Assembly: GCA_963807635.1 (NCBI GenBank)
Contig: CAWEDJ010000032.1
Span: 1-41,653, forward strand
DNA from: an uncultured cyanobacterium
GTDB taxonomy: Bacteria > Cyanobacteriota > Cyanobacteriia > Cyanobacteriales > Microcystaceae
DNA: 41,653 bases
Direction: 5' to 3'
Positions 1 to 11,324 of this stretch are shown piece after piece; the first letter of the stretch is position 1; every line of letters starts with the position of its first letter. The notes beneath the pieces were generated by a model. It ran no database searches. It had not been told where the DNA came from and saw only the letters and a program-made list of their open reading frames with translations. Both the position numbers and the translations under genes were made by a program.

Positions 1-134
1 CTTTGCTGAGCCAACCTGCGGAATGTGGGTTATAAGAAAAGAGATGAGGGGATTTAGAGAGCAAAAAAAGTGCAAAAAAAAGGTCTAAAATGAGTGAAAA
101 GGCTTGCACCCCTCCCCTTCCAGAGCATTGAACG

Positions 135-582
135 ATGTATCCCAAAAAAGAATCCGAAAAATCGACTGTTGAAAACTTCAAAATACCAAGTGAGTGGAAG
201 CCAAAAGAAGAAAATCGTTGGGTAATCATGTCAAAAATAATTCTGTGGGAGGAATTTGAAGAAGAATATGCAAAACAATTTTCAGAAAATAAAGGAGCGA
301 TAGCCAACCATTTAGGATGGCATTAGGGTCATTAATAATAAAAGAAATATTGAGAATAAGTGACCGAGAAACAGTAGAACAAATAAAAGAAAACCCTTAC
401 TTACAATATTTTATAGGACTAGAAGTATATGAAAATGAGGAGGCATTTGATGCGTCACTGTTAGTACATTTCCGTCAAAGAATAGGAATGGACTTGGTGA
501 ATCAAATAAATAAAGCAATGGTAAAAAAAGAAGAAGAAATATCATCAGAAATAAAAGAAAAAAGTGAAGGGGAAAATCAGAA
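135..582 (+). pseudogene. IS5-family transposase, N-terminal fragment (frameshift near 305, truncated near 582)
   Basis: ORFs 135-326 and 317-619 join to give ENRWVIMS..IxWEEFEEEYA..(K)PFRMALGSLIIKE..SDRETVEQIKENPYLQYFIG..FDASLLVHFRQRI, typical of the cyanobacterial IS5/DUF772 N-terminus. The sequence stops after GENQ, before the catalytic IDAT motif. Confidence 0.85.
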
Positions 583-1024
583 TAATAGCCTCAATCCCTC
601 TTCTATCCTGAAAATTTGATTTTGGGGGAAGATTTTGACTATTTAGAATACTCAATTCACTACTTGTAACCCAAGGAGGATTACCAATTATTAGAATATG
701 ACCCGACAGGTTAGAAATAAGAGCTTTCCAATCTGTATTAAAGAAGTTCGATTGATATATAGTTGCATTCTCTAAATTCAAATAGTCAGATATGGACAGA
801 TTTGCTTCTTCGATATATTTTTCATTAATATCTAAGCCTATTACTCTTGCGTGTATGAATTCCTTGAGTGAAGCCCTGACAAATGCTCCCTTTCCGCAAC
901 TTGGCTCTATAATGACTTTCGGTGATATTTTATGGTTTAGCTTGAGAGTTTTCACTACTTCCCGTGCAAGTTCATCAGGGGTTTGAAAATCGCCAAATTG
1001 CCACTTTTCTAAAGACTTTATCAT
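583..1024 (-). pseudogene. N6-adenine DNA methyltransferase (gamma class), 3'-truncated; resembles M.NspV-type methylases
   Basis: FGDFQTP, motif I IIEPSCGKGAF and motif IV IIGNPPW are present. After GIEAI the frame runs into the antisense of the IS5 fragment, so the target-recognition domain is missing. Confidence 0.8.
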
Positions 1025-1030
1025 TGTTAT

Positions 1031-1684
1031 TTACCGAACTCTCAATATTCCTGAAATACTGCCAGCTTGCTGAATAACTCGGCTGTATTGCAATCTCCAT
1101 TGCAGCGCATTTGAGATTGTCAAATAACCTTGATTCGGCGGTGACTCTAAAATTCTTTCAGCTAACTGATTTGCACCAATTTCATCAACTGGCAAATTCC
1201 TTTCCATTATGAAACCAATAATGTCATCCTTATTGCCTTCTCGATTTAGAATATCTACAATGCCTTTATTTGTCTGAAAATCTGCTGTTCTACTTCAATC
1301 TACAAAAATAGTATGCTACATATCTAATCTTCCAATTCTATTTTCAGAATCATCATATTTGTCGTAAACAAAAACTAGAAGATGATATCCTAAACCAAAT
1401 ATTTTTTGAGTTGCTGACCTGAAAGGACAAGAAGATTGCGGTTGCTTGATACTTGTCACTTTGATATCAACATCAAGTGCGGGAAGATCAATACCTGATG
1501 CTGAATTCCCCTGTTGAGAACTGTAGTTTTCAGTCAAATAAGCTGTGAATTTGTGTTCGAGATATGTTCCGATGGCTTTTCCATCTGTCACTCCGTAAAG
1601 TCTCGGTTCATCATACAGAGATTCTATTTCAGCGAATTTAGCTGCTTCAGCACACAAATCTTCAATAGTTAATGTTGGCTTCAT
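1031..1684 (-). pseudogene. Type II restriction endonuclease (NspV-like, by recollection of the family) with two in-frame nonsense codons
   Basis: LYGVTDGKAIGTYLEHKF..GID..DVDIKVTSIKQPQSSCPF (PD-(D/E)XK). The frame continues past TAG (1316-1318) and a TGA seven codons later to ..ADFQTNKG..GYLTISNALQWRLQY..RVR* at 1031, 6 nt before the methylase start. Confidence 0.8.
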
Positions 1685-1885
1685 CCTTAATCTCAATTCA
1701 CTTCACTACTAACCGTACACTATAGTAGGTCGGTCTGCTTTCATATCAAATTTCAGATTTAATTTAACGCTTATGTAAACAAAAAACGGCTAGGTAAGTT
1801 GCTGAATGTGGGTTCCTTTACCCATTCCATAAATATTTAGTCATCTTGTCTGAAATCTGCGATCGCGTCACCAGTCCCTATTAAT

Positions 1886-2782
1886 TTAATAAATTTTGAC
1901 AGGAGGAATTCCTGCTAAATCGAGAATTTGGGGAACGAGATCTTCCCGTTTAATTGCCATTAGATGCACTCCCTGACAAAGATCTTTAGCCAATAGAACC
2001 TGTTCGGCGGCAATTTTAACCCCTTCTTGTAAAGGATCACTCGCTTGAGCAAGCCTTTGAATAATATCATCAGGAATTTGGACACCAGGAACATTTTTAT
2101 TGATAAATTGAGCATTTTTGGCAGACTTTAACAGGAAAATCCCTGCTAAAATAGGTTTCTCGCAACCTGACGCGATTTGGTTCATAAATTTATCAAGTCG
2201 GTCAAAATCGGTGATCAATTGACTCTGGAAAAATTGCGCTCCTGCGGCTAGTTTCCGTTCAAAGCGTTGCTGTAAACCCGACCAACTGGGAGATTGGGGA
2301 TCGACTGCCGCTCCTGCCAATAAATCCAAGGCTTCATCGGGTAGGGGTTTCTGGTTATGGTCAAATCCTGAATTGAGTTTCTCGATAAGTTGCAATAATC
2401 GCACGGATTCGAGATCAAATACGGCTTTGGCTTTCGGATAATCTCCCGCTTTCATGGGATCGCCCGTTAAAGCCAAAATATTTCCAATTCCCAAGGCATA
2501 GGCCCCCATTAAGTCCGCTTGCAAACCAATAATGTTGCGATCGCGACAGGTGAACTGACAAATGGGTTCTAGTCCGTCTTTTTGTAAAATCAGGGAAGCC
2601 GCCAAGGAAGACATCCGCAAAACCGCCCTACTGCCGTCGGTCAAATTAACCGCGTGAACTCGTCCCTTGAGTCCCTGGGAAACTTCTAACATTCGCTGGG
2701 GATTACCACCTTTAGGAGGCGTGACTTCGGCGGTAATTAAAAAATCCTTGGACGCGATCGCTTGACGAAATTGAGTAAGCAT
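1886..2782 (-). CDS. metF: Methylenetetrahydrofolate reductase
   Basis: AEVTPPKG, NLTDGSRA, CRDRN, ALTGDP, GAQFFQSQ and GVHLM motifs; intact 298 aa. Confidence 0.93.
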   Translation of the reverse strand: MLTQFRQAIASKDFLITAEVTPPKGGNPQRMLEVSQGLKGRVHAVNLTDGSRAVLRMSSLAASLILQKDGLEPICQFTCRDRNIIGLQADLMGAYALGIGNILALTGDPMKAGDYPKAKAVFDLESVRLLQLIEKLNSGFDHNQKPLPDEALDLLAGAAVDPQSPSWSGLQQRFERKLAAGAQFFQSQLITDFDRLDKFMNQIASGCEKPILAGIFLLKSAKNAQFINKNVPGVQIPDDIIQRLAQASDPLQEGVKIAAEQVLLAKDLCQGVHLMAIKREDLVPQILDLAGIPPVKIY

Positions 2783-2787
2783 TTTTA

Positions 2788-2818
2788 ATAATTGATAATG
2801 AATAATTGATAATTAATA
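2788..2818. repeat. Short 7-bp tandem repeat (STRR-like)
   Basis: ataattg-ataatga-ataattg-ataatta between metF and trpS. Confidence 0.6.
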
Positions 2819-2826
2819 CACAAATC

Positions 2827-2850
2827 GTAGGGGCGTAAGGCTTACGCCCT
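2827..2850 (+). repeat. GTAG-family REP
   Basis: gtaggggcgtaaggcttacgccct: GTAG followed by a palindrome, matching the REP at 11258 beside the RAYT. Confidence 0.8.
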
Positions 2851-2860
2851 TAAACTGGAA

Positions 2861-3899
<1,039 letters not shown>

Positions 3900-3999
3900 T
3901 TAATTTTATAATTACTTCAGGACTTTATGTAAAGTTTTTTGACATTCGCGATCGCCCCCAGCCTCAAAATCTCCTTTTTGAACGAAGTCATTTCCTACC

Positions 4000-5139
4000 A
4001 TGCAACGCCCGATTTATCTGGATTACCAAGCGACCACACCAATGGATGAACGGGTTTTAGCGGCAATGATGCCCTATTTTACCGATTATTTTGGCAATTC
4101 TTCTAGTCAACATCTCTACGGTTGGGAAGCGGATTCTGCCATCAAACAAGCCCGATCCGCGATCGCCGAGAGTATTCACGGAACTGCTGAGGAAATTATT
4201 TTTACCAGTGGGGCAACGGAGGCCAATAATTTAGCGATCAAAGGGGTTGCAGAAGCCTATTTCCATCGGGGAAAGCATTTAATCACCGTTCAAACGGAAC
4301 ATCGCGCGGTTCTCGATCCCTGTCGCTATCTGGAATCCCTCGGTTTTGAAGTGACCTATTTAGGAGTGGATTCAGAGGGATTAATCAATTTAACGCAACT
4401 GGAAGAGTCAATTCGTCCCGACACGATTTTAGTCTCAGTCATGGCGGCTAATAACGAAATTGGTGTTTTGCAACCCTTGGCGGCTATTGGAGAAATTTGT
4501 CACCGTCATCAGGTTTTGTTTCATACCGATGCGGCCACGGCGATCGCCAAAATTCCCCTAGACGTGGAAAAAATGCAGATTGATCTTATGTCTTTCACCG
4601 CCCATAAAATCTATCCCAAGGGAATTGGCGCGTTATACATCCGAAAAAAGAATCCTAAAGTGGCGATCGAGCCCCAAATGCAAGGCGGAGGACAGGAACA
4701 GGGTTTGCGGGCAGGAACGCTCTATACTCCGCAAATTGTCGGTTTTGCTCAGGCCATTTCCCTGGGGTTAGTGGAATTAGAAAGCGAGGCCCAACGTCAA
4801 AAAGCGTTACGGGATAAGCTCTGGAATGCGATTAGTACCCTCAATGGAATTTACCTGAATGGTCATGGCTGCGATCGCTTACCTGGTAACTTAAACATCA
4901 GTATTGAGGGGGTAAAAGGAACGAGTTTACTGTTGGCCCTGCAACCTGCGATCGCTCTTTCTTCGGGGTCAGCGTGTTCCGCGTCTTCTGCTAATCGGTC
5001 CCATGTTTTAACGGCTTTAGGACGCTCTAGAAATTTAGCTCAAGCGTCATTACGTTTGGGATTAGGACGATTTACCACATCAAAAGAGGTTGAGTTAGCG
5101 GCGGAACAGATTATTAAAACCATTAAATCTCTTCGTTAA
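4000..5139 (+). CDS. iscS: Cysteine desulfurase (IscS/NifS type)
   Basis: IYLDYQATT, FTSGATEANN, TEH, ANNEIG, HK.Y.PKG and SSGSAC. Two local anomalies (DAATA, missing Gly in HKIY-G-PKG) are probably errors. Confidence 0.92.
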   Translation: MQRPIYLDYQATTPMDERVLAAMMPYFTDYFGNSSSQHLYGWEADSAIKQARSAIAESIHGTAEEIIFTSGATEANNLAIKGVAEAYFHRGKHLITVQTEHRAVLDPCRYLESLGFEVTYLGVDSEGLINLTQLEESIRPDTILVSVMAANNEIGVLQPLAAIGEICHRHQVLFHTDAATAIAKIPLDVEKMQIDLMSFTAHKIYPKGIGALYIRKKNPKVAIEPQMQGGGQEQGLRAGTLYTPQIVGFAQAISLGLVELESEAQRQKALRDKLWNAISTLNGIYLNGHGCDRLPGNLNISIEGVKGTSLLLALQPAIALSSGSACSASSANRSHVLTALGRSRNLAQASLRLGLGRFTTSKEVELAAEQIIKTIKSLR

Positions 5140-5517
5140 TTGATTGATATTGCAAATGAATCAAAATAGCGGTCTTCCAAGGGGTAACGTCTGCGCGATG
5201 TTTATCAAAAACGGGTTTAAATTGCTTGCCGATATCTCATTCAACTGCATAACACTATAAACTTCGTGGAAAATTTGAGTAACAAATCATTCTTAATATT
5301 CTAAAATCAGTTCTCAATATTTCAAGGCATTTTAAAAATATTCATCTTTTTTATCTTATCATTTTTCTGTAATTATACAAAATAAGTTAATGATCTTTTT
5401 CGTTTTTCGTAATCAACTATTGTAAAGATTTTAAGAAACATAGCGAGTTGTAAATAAAATCAAACAATTCAAACTTTGCTTACTAGGAGATAGTTAAACT
5501 AAAAGTAACAATCGAGG

Positions 5518-8500
5518 GTGAATACTATGGTAACTACAACTTTAGAAAAAACTGCTATTGACCTTAAAGAAAAATCTTTTGTCCTTTGGTTTGAAGAAGT
5601 GGGAACCCATGATGTGGGATTAGTGGGCGGCAAAAATTCTTCCCTCGGTGAAATGATTCAAGAATTGACGGCTAAAGGTGTAAACGTCCCAGGCGGCTTT
5701 GCAACAACGGCCTATGCCTATCGTTATTTTATTGAATCTGCTGGGTTAGAAGCTAAACTACGCAAGTTATTTGCCGATTTGGATGTCAAAAATTTACCGA
5801 ATCTACAAAAAAGAGCGAAAAAAGCACGGGCATTGATTTTAAATACACCTTTTCCGCAAGATCTACAGGATGCGATCGCGATCGCCTATGCGGAAATGTG
5901 TCGTCGTTATGGAGAAGATACGGACGTGGCAGTTCGGTCTAGTGCCACTGCCGAAGATTTACCTGAAGCCAGCTTTGCGGGGCAACAGGAAACCTATCTC
6001 AATGTGCATGGCATTAAAGGCGTTTTAGATTCCTGTCACAAATGTTTTGCTTCTCTATTTACCGATCGCGCAATTTCCTACCGTCAAGAAAAAGGCTTTG
6101 ATCATTTAGCGGTTGCTCTTTCGGTTGGTGTGCAGAAAATGGTGCGGTCTGATTTGGCAACCTCTGGAGTCATGTTTTCTATTGACACAGAAACAGGTTT
6201 TAAAAATGCGGCTTTAATCACCGCGCCTATGGTTTAGGAGAAAATGTAGTGCAGGGTGCAGTCAATCCTGATGAATATTTTGTCTTTAAACCGACACTAA
6301 AAGAAGGTTTTAAACCGATCCTAGAAAAACGTCTTGGCAGTAAAGCGATCAAGATGGTTTATTACACAGGCGGCAATAAATTAACTAAAAACGTTGAAGT
6401 TTCCAAACCTGAGCGGGATAAATACTGTATTAACGATGAAGAAATTCTGCAATTAGCACGTTGGGCTTGTATTATTGAAGACCACTATTCCCAAGTGCGC
6501 GGTATGGATACACCGATGGATATTGAATGGGCAAAAGATGGCTTAACGGGTGAACTCTTTATTGTGCAAGCCCGCCCCGAAACGGTTCAATCCCAAAAGT
6601 CCGCCAATATCATCAAAACCTACGAACTCAAGGAACACAGCACCGTTTTAGCCACAGGTCGCAGTGTGGGAGCCGCGATCGGTCAGGGAAAAGCCCAGGT
6701 AATTCGCAACGTTTCCCAAATTAACCAGTTCCGCCCTGGGGAAGTTTTAATTACCAACCGTACCGATCCCGATTGGGAGCCGATCATGAAGCAAGCCAGT
6801 GCGATCGTGACTAATCAAGGTGGTCGGACTTGTTTTGCAGGAGATACCAAAATTCTGACCAATCAAGGGTTTATGACTTTAAGCCAGATTTATGAACAGG
6901 GTTGTGAAGGATTATCCACTTTATCCCTAAATATTAAAACTCAAAAAATAGAATGGAAACCGATTATTGATAGCATGAAACGCTCTTCTGCCACTATTGG
7001 AGTGAGTGTTTCTCAAACGAGTCGGGTAAAGGATAATACTCTGCATTTAACCCCTGATCATAAAATGGTGAATTTACGGAATGGCGAGTATGTCAAAACT
7101 GAAATTCAAGAAATGTTAAAGGCGCAGGAAATGGTGTTAGTTTCCCAAAATGTCCCGATGTTGGGAGATGGCAAAAATCAAGAAGCGGATTTAGCTTATT
7201 TCCTGGGTGGTATTATCACCGATGGTTCCATCTATACGAGTCGGACGCATGGAGAAGTGCAATTTATTCAAAAGAATGTTCCTGAAAAAGCCGCTTTTAT
7301 TGCCACTATGCAGGAGAAAGCAGCAACACTTTTTGGGAAGTCTTTCACTCCCTACGAAAAACCCATTTCTACTGGTTCTATTCGTGGCGAAAAAGTTACT
7401 GGTCAAGCAACAGCCTATCGTCTTTATTCAAAATCTATTGCTTACGAAATACAAAAAAAAGAACAACAAATTGTCCAAATGTTGCTAGAAAATGAAGCAG
7501 AAGTTGCCTATCAATTTTTGGCAGGGGTAATTGACGGAGATGGTTGTTATGCAAATAATCGCATTAACATCTATGTTTCAGAAGAAAATTTGTTACAGGC
7601 AGTGATGATTGCTTGTCTGAAAATTAATACTGTTCCCCAAGTCACTAACAATCGTCATATTTATAATGTTCAGATTGTGGAAAAAGTGGCCGAAATTCTC
7701 AGCTATACCAAACGGGTGAAAGGAGAGGTCAAATCCCGCACCATTCAAACTCGCTTTTTCGCAACTAAACAACTATATGATGGGGAGGTTAAAGGTCAAA
7801 TTAAACTTCGTAAGGATAATAATTTCCTGATTTCTGATAAGCAATTGCAGGAAATGGGTGAATTTGAATCTCTCATTGACAGTGATCTACGGATGCAACG
7901 GGTGATTCAAGTAGAAGATTCCCAAATGGGTGATGTTTATAATATTACAGTTGCCGATCATCACAATTATGTGGTTTTTACCGAAAAATATACGCCTGTG
8001 GTGGTTTGCAACTGTCATGCTGCTATTATCGCCCGTGAAATGGGAATTCCTGCAATTGTGGGCTGTAATGATGCCACTGAAACCATTTCTACAGGTCAAG
8101 ATGTCACAATCTGTTGTTCGGAAGGAGATGTGGGTCAAGTGTTTACGGGTATTTTGAAATACGAAGTCCATGAAACGGCTTTGGATAATTTACCCCGCAC
8201 TAAGACTCAAATTTTAATGAATGTGGGTAATCCAGAGCAAGCCTTTGGTTTTGCGAGTTATCCTGCTGATGGAGTTGGTTTAGCCCGTTTAGAGTTTATT
8301 ATCGCAAATCACATCAAAGCCCACCCCTTAGCGTTGCTGAAATTTGATGAGTTGGAAGACCCTATTGCCAAAGCAGAAATTGCTGAGTTAACTAAACTCT
8401 ACGTCAGCGATCGCGCTCAGTTCTTTGTGGATAAGTTAGCGCACGGCATCGGCATGATTGCGGCGGCCTTCTTATCCCAAACCTGTCGTAGTTCGTATGT

Positions 8501-9150
8501 CGGATTTCAAAACCAATGAGTACGCCAATTTACTTGGTGGTCGTCAGTTTGAACCCAAGGAAGAAAACCCGATGATCGGCTGGCGCGGTGCGTCTCGTTA
8601 CTATGATCCGAACTATCGGGAAGCCTATGCCTTGGAATGTAAAGCCTTAAAAATCGTCCGTGATGAAATGGGTTTAACCAATGTGATTCCGATGATTCCT
8701 TTCTGTCGCACCCCTGATGAAGGTCGCAAGGTGATTGCAGAGATGGAAAAAAACGGTTTGAAACAAGGAGAAAACGGCTTACAAATCTATGTGATGTGTG
8801 AGTTACCCAGTAATGTTATTCTCGCCGATGAGTTTAGTAAAGTGTTTGACGGTTTCTCCATTGGCTCTAATGATTTAACCCAATTAACATTAGGTTTAGA
8901 CCGTGATTCTTCCTTGGTTGCTCACCTTTTTGATGAACGCAATGAGGGAGTTAAACGCATGGTTAAAATGGCGATCGAGACTGCCAAGAAAAATGGTCGT
9001 AAGATCGGGATTTGTGGTCAGGCTCCCTCGGATTATCCTGAGTTTGCGGAGTTCTTGGTTGAGCTTGGTATTGATTCGATCAGTTTGAATCCCGATTCGG
9101 TGTTGAAGACTGTTTTACGGATTGCTGAGGTTGAAAAAGCAAAAGGTTAA
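5518..9150 (+). CDS. ppsA: Phosphoenolpyruvate synthase containing an intein (apparent frameshifts near 6225 and 8472)
   Basis: [63 protein letters not shown] and [11 protein letters not shown] spread over three ORFs that join with single-base corrections. Confidence 0.95.
6831..8012 (+). mobile_element. Intein with LAGLIDADG homing endonuclease (394 aa) in PpsA
   Basis: Block [11 protein letters not shown], block B LTPDHK, LAGLIDADG helices [10 protein letters not shown] and [10 protein letters not shown], block [13 protein letters not shown], terminus VVCN followed by +1 Cys. Exteins rejoin as GGRT-CHAA. Confidence 0.95.
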
Positions 9151-9176
9151 GGATTAACTTCCGTTATAATTTAGAC

Positions 9177-9208
9177 AAAGGGTAGAGTGAAAACTTTCTG
9201 CCCTTTTC
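9177..9208 (+). terminator. Putative intrinsic terminator after ppsA
   Basis: Stem aaagggtaga / tctgcccttt followed by a T-rich tail. Confidence 0.45.
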
Positions 9209-9227
9209 TATTCTCAGCCTATTTATT

Positions 9228-9524
9228 ATGGATGTCACTTATATTCTACAAGCTATTCGCTTTCAATGGGACAGCGATAAGGCGATACAAAATCTTCGTA
9301 AACATGGAATTGATTTTGAGGCGGCTTGTGAGACATTTTTTGATCCGCTTGTTTTTTGCTTGGAAAGTGAAATTGTCAGCAATGAAGAACGGGAGCGATT
9401 AATTGGTCTAACATATACCTATAAGCTTCTTTACGTTGTCTATACTGAGAGGGATGATGTCATCCGCATCATTTCAGCCCATCCTGTCACTATCAAAGAA
9501 CGAGTGCATTATGAAAATCGCTAA
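9228..9524 (+). CDS. BrnT-family (DUF497) toxin
   Basis: FQWDSDKA..NLRKHGIDFEAA..FFDP..EER..IG..LLYVVYTER..IRIISA. Confidence 0.9.
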   Translation: MDVTYILQAIRFQWDSDKAIQNLRKHGIDFEAACETFFDPLVFCLESEIVSNEERERLIGLTYTYKLLYVVYTERDDVIRIISAHPVTIKERVHYENR

Positions 9525-9804
9525 ATTAAAACAACGCTTACAAAAAGATCGTCCTATAACCAGTATTGAGTTGCGATTGCCTGAAGATGTCGTGGAAGAT
9601 TTGAAACAGGTAGCAGCAGTGCGAGAATTTCTGGATTATCGTGCGTTGATGCAAGCCTATATTGGTCAAGGGTTACGAGCTGATTTAGAACAGTTAGAAG
9701 GTCGTTTGCAAATTGCCGATTTGGTGGCGAGTTTAAAACGGCAAGGTGTTACAGATGAGAAAATTTCTGTTGCACTGGCTGAGATACAAGAGTTTTGGTA
9801 TTAA
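9511..9804 (+). CDS. Putative cognate antitoxin (ribbon-helix-helix/CopG-like)
   Basis: ATG at 9511 overlaps the toxin stop. SIELRLPEDVVEDLKQVA..YRALMQAYIGQGLRADLE is typical of cyanobacterial BrnT partners. Confidence 0.75.
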   Translation: MKIAKLKQRLQKDRPITSIELRLPEDVVEDLKQVAAVREFLDYRALMQAYIGQGLRADLEQLEGRLQIADLVASLKRQGVTDEKISVALAEIQEFWY

Positions 9805-9805
9805 T

Positions 9806-10094
9806 GCGATTCGCGTTGAATCCTTCTAGTTCTAGACAAGTTTGTGGCTACGAGAGAATAAAGTTTTCAGCTTCCTGAGCCCCGTTTCAAAGTCGTTTGA
9901 TGGTGTGTTTTTCGCTCAATAACACTCATCGAAAGGTACAAAAGACGATGCTTGATGTATGTTTTTTCGTAAAGCCCTTAAGCAAGAAGCTTTTAGAAAT
10001 ACAAGAAGACACAAGCTTGTTCGGAACTAGGAATCCTTATTCGGTTCTTAGGACTTTCTTAAGGATTGCTGAGGTTGAAAAAGCCAAAAACTAA
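9806..10094 (+). repeat. Diverged second copy of the ppsA 3' end, interrupted by a MITE
   Basis: With 9826-10038 removed, the segment reads [21 protein letters not shown], versus pps[22 protein letters not shown]. Both contain ggattgctgaggttgaaaaagc. Confidence 0.85.
9826..10030. mobile_element. 205-bp MITE / internally deleted IS
   Basis: 21-bp terminal inverted repeats matching 17/21 (ctagttctagacaagtttgtg and cacaagcttgttcggaactag); 8-bp target duplication gaatcctt at 9818-9825 and 10031-10038. Confidence 0.8.
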
Positions 10095-10213
10095 TCTATA
10101 ACTTGAGATAATAAAAAATGTGTTAAATTTTATTAGCATACCTGACTCGATTGAAAAGATAAATGATACAATTCACCAACCATTGATACCATTAATTATA
10201 TTGCTCTGGGCAA

Positions 10214-11176
10214 ATGTCTAATTTATCTCAAGTACAAAAAATTGTTGAATTTTTAAAAAGTCATCAAGGTGAAAAATTTAATGCGAGACAGATTGCGGAA
10301 GCGATAGTTGAGCGTTATCCAGAGGATTACCAAGAAAAACGAAATAACGAAAGATTTCCCAATTATAAAGCTTTTCTATCTCAAATTGTTGCGGAAATAG
10401 GATCAAATAAAGATAGCATAATTAAAAAAGATTTTCATATTTGTTGGCAAGATAAGCCTCGTCCAAGAATCTATTGGTATGATCCCACAAAAACAATTAA
10501 TGATTCTGATGCAACAATTGTTAATAGCAATAGTGAGGATGAAACAGAAGTTGAAGAAGAACATTATGTCCAATCCATTCCCAGCACTAAAATTTTATCG
10601 GAAGCAGGACTATATCCATTATTGATCGACTTTCTCAAAAGAGAATATAAGCTGTATTGTCAGAGGATTGACGAAAAACAATCAAAAAATCAACGAGGTG
10701 CTGGAGGTAATCAATGGTTACACCCCGATATTGTTGCTATGCAAGCGATTGACAAGGAATGGCATGAATTAGTCAGAACCTGTGTTCAAGAGGGTGAAGG
10801 AAGGCGAGTAAGATTATGGTCTTTTGAAGTTAAAAAAGAATTAAATAGTTCTAATATTAGAAGTAGCTTCTTCCAAGCTGTTAGTAACTCTAGTTGGGCT
10901 AACGAAGGGTATTTAGTAACGACATCTGTAACGGATAATATAGAGCAGGAACTCCGTATGTTGTCGGCTCTTCATGGAATTGGAGTAATCTTATTAAATA
11001 CTGAAAATTTATCAGAAAGTGAATTTTTTTTACCTGCTAAGTCACGCCCAGAAATTGATTGGCAATCAGTAAATCGTATTGTTGTTGAAAATGACGACTT
11101 TAAGGATTACATAGAACTGGTATCAACTTATTATCAAACTGGGAGGATCAGGAATAGAGATTGGAATAAAATTTAA
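10214..11176 (+). CDS. HrgA/COG2958-like protein (N-terminal HTH + PD-(D/E)XK nuclease fold)
   Basis: RIDEKQSKN.RGAGGNQWLHPDIV..WSFEVKK..FFQAVSNSSWANEGYLV; AT-rich, no HIP1 seen. Confidence 0.8.
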   Translation: MSNLSQVQKIVEFLKSHQGEKFNARQIAEAIVERYPEDYQEKRNNERFPNYKAFLSQIVAEIGSNKDSIIKKDFHICWQDKPRPRIYWYDPTKTINDSDATIVNSNSEDETEVEEEHYVQSIPSTKILSEAGLYPLLIDFLKREYKLYCQRIDEKQSKNQRGAGGNQWLHPDIVAMQAIDKEWHELVRTCVQEGEGRRVRLWSFEVKKELNSSNIRSSFFQAVSNSSWANEGYLVTTSVTDNIEQELRMLSALHGIGVILLNTENLSESEFFLPAKSRPEIDWQSVNRIVVENDDFKDYIELVSTYYQTGRIRNRDWNKI

Positions 11177-11257
11177 TCGCTTTTTCGATAATACTTGAAA
11201 AGACGATTTTTTATGGGGATTGTTAACAGTGATTATCTGTAATTAAAATTAATTCTG

Positions 11258-11280
11258 GTAGGGGCGCAAGACTTGCGCCC
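11258..11280 (+). repeat. GTAG-family REP upstream of RAYT
   Basis: gtaggggcgcaagacttgcgccc. Confidence 0.85.
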
Positions 11281-11324
11281 AATAAATTTACTTTAAAATA
11301 ATTTACACCCAATTATCCAACTCC

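Noticed and set aside
1..1815. gaatgtgggtt at ~21 and ~1804 as ends of a composite transposon carrying the R-M genes
   Set aside because: The match is short and in direct orientation, with no target duplication visible; at most these are two IS-end remnants.
5140..5517. ncRNA or NtcA site in the long AT-rich ppsA upstream region
   Set aside because: I found no convincing GTA-N8-TAC box or stable structure; treated as an ordinary promoter region.
9897..10094. 65-aa ORF as a real gene
   Set aside because: It is a chance fusion of MITE sequence to the duplicated ppsA end.
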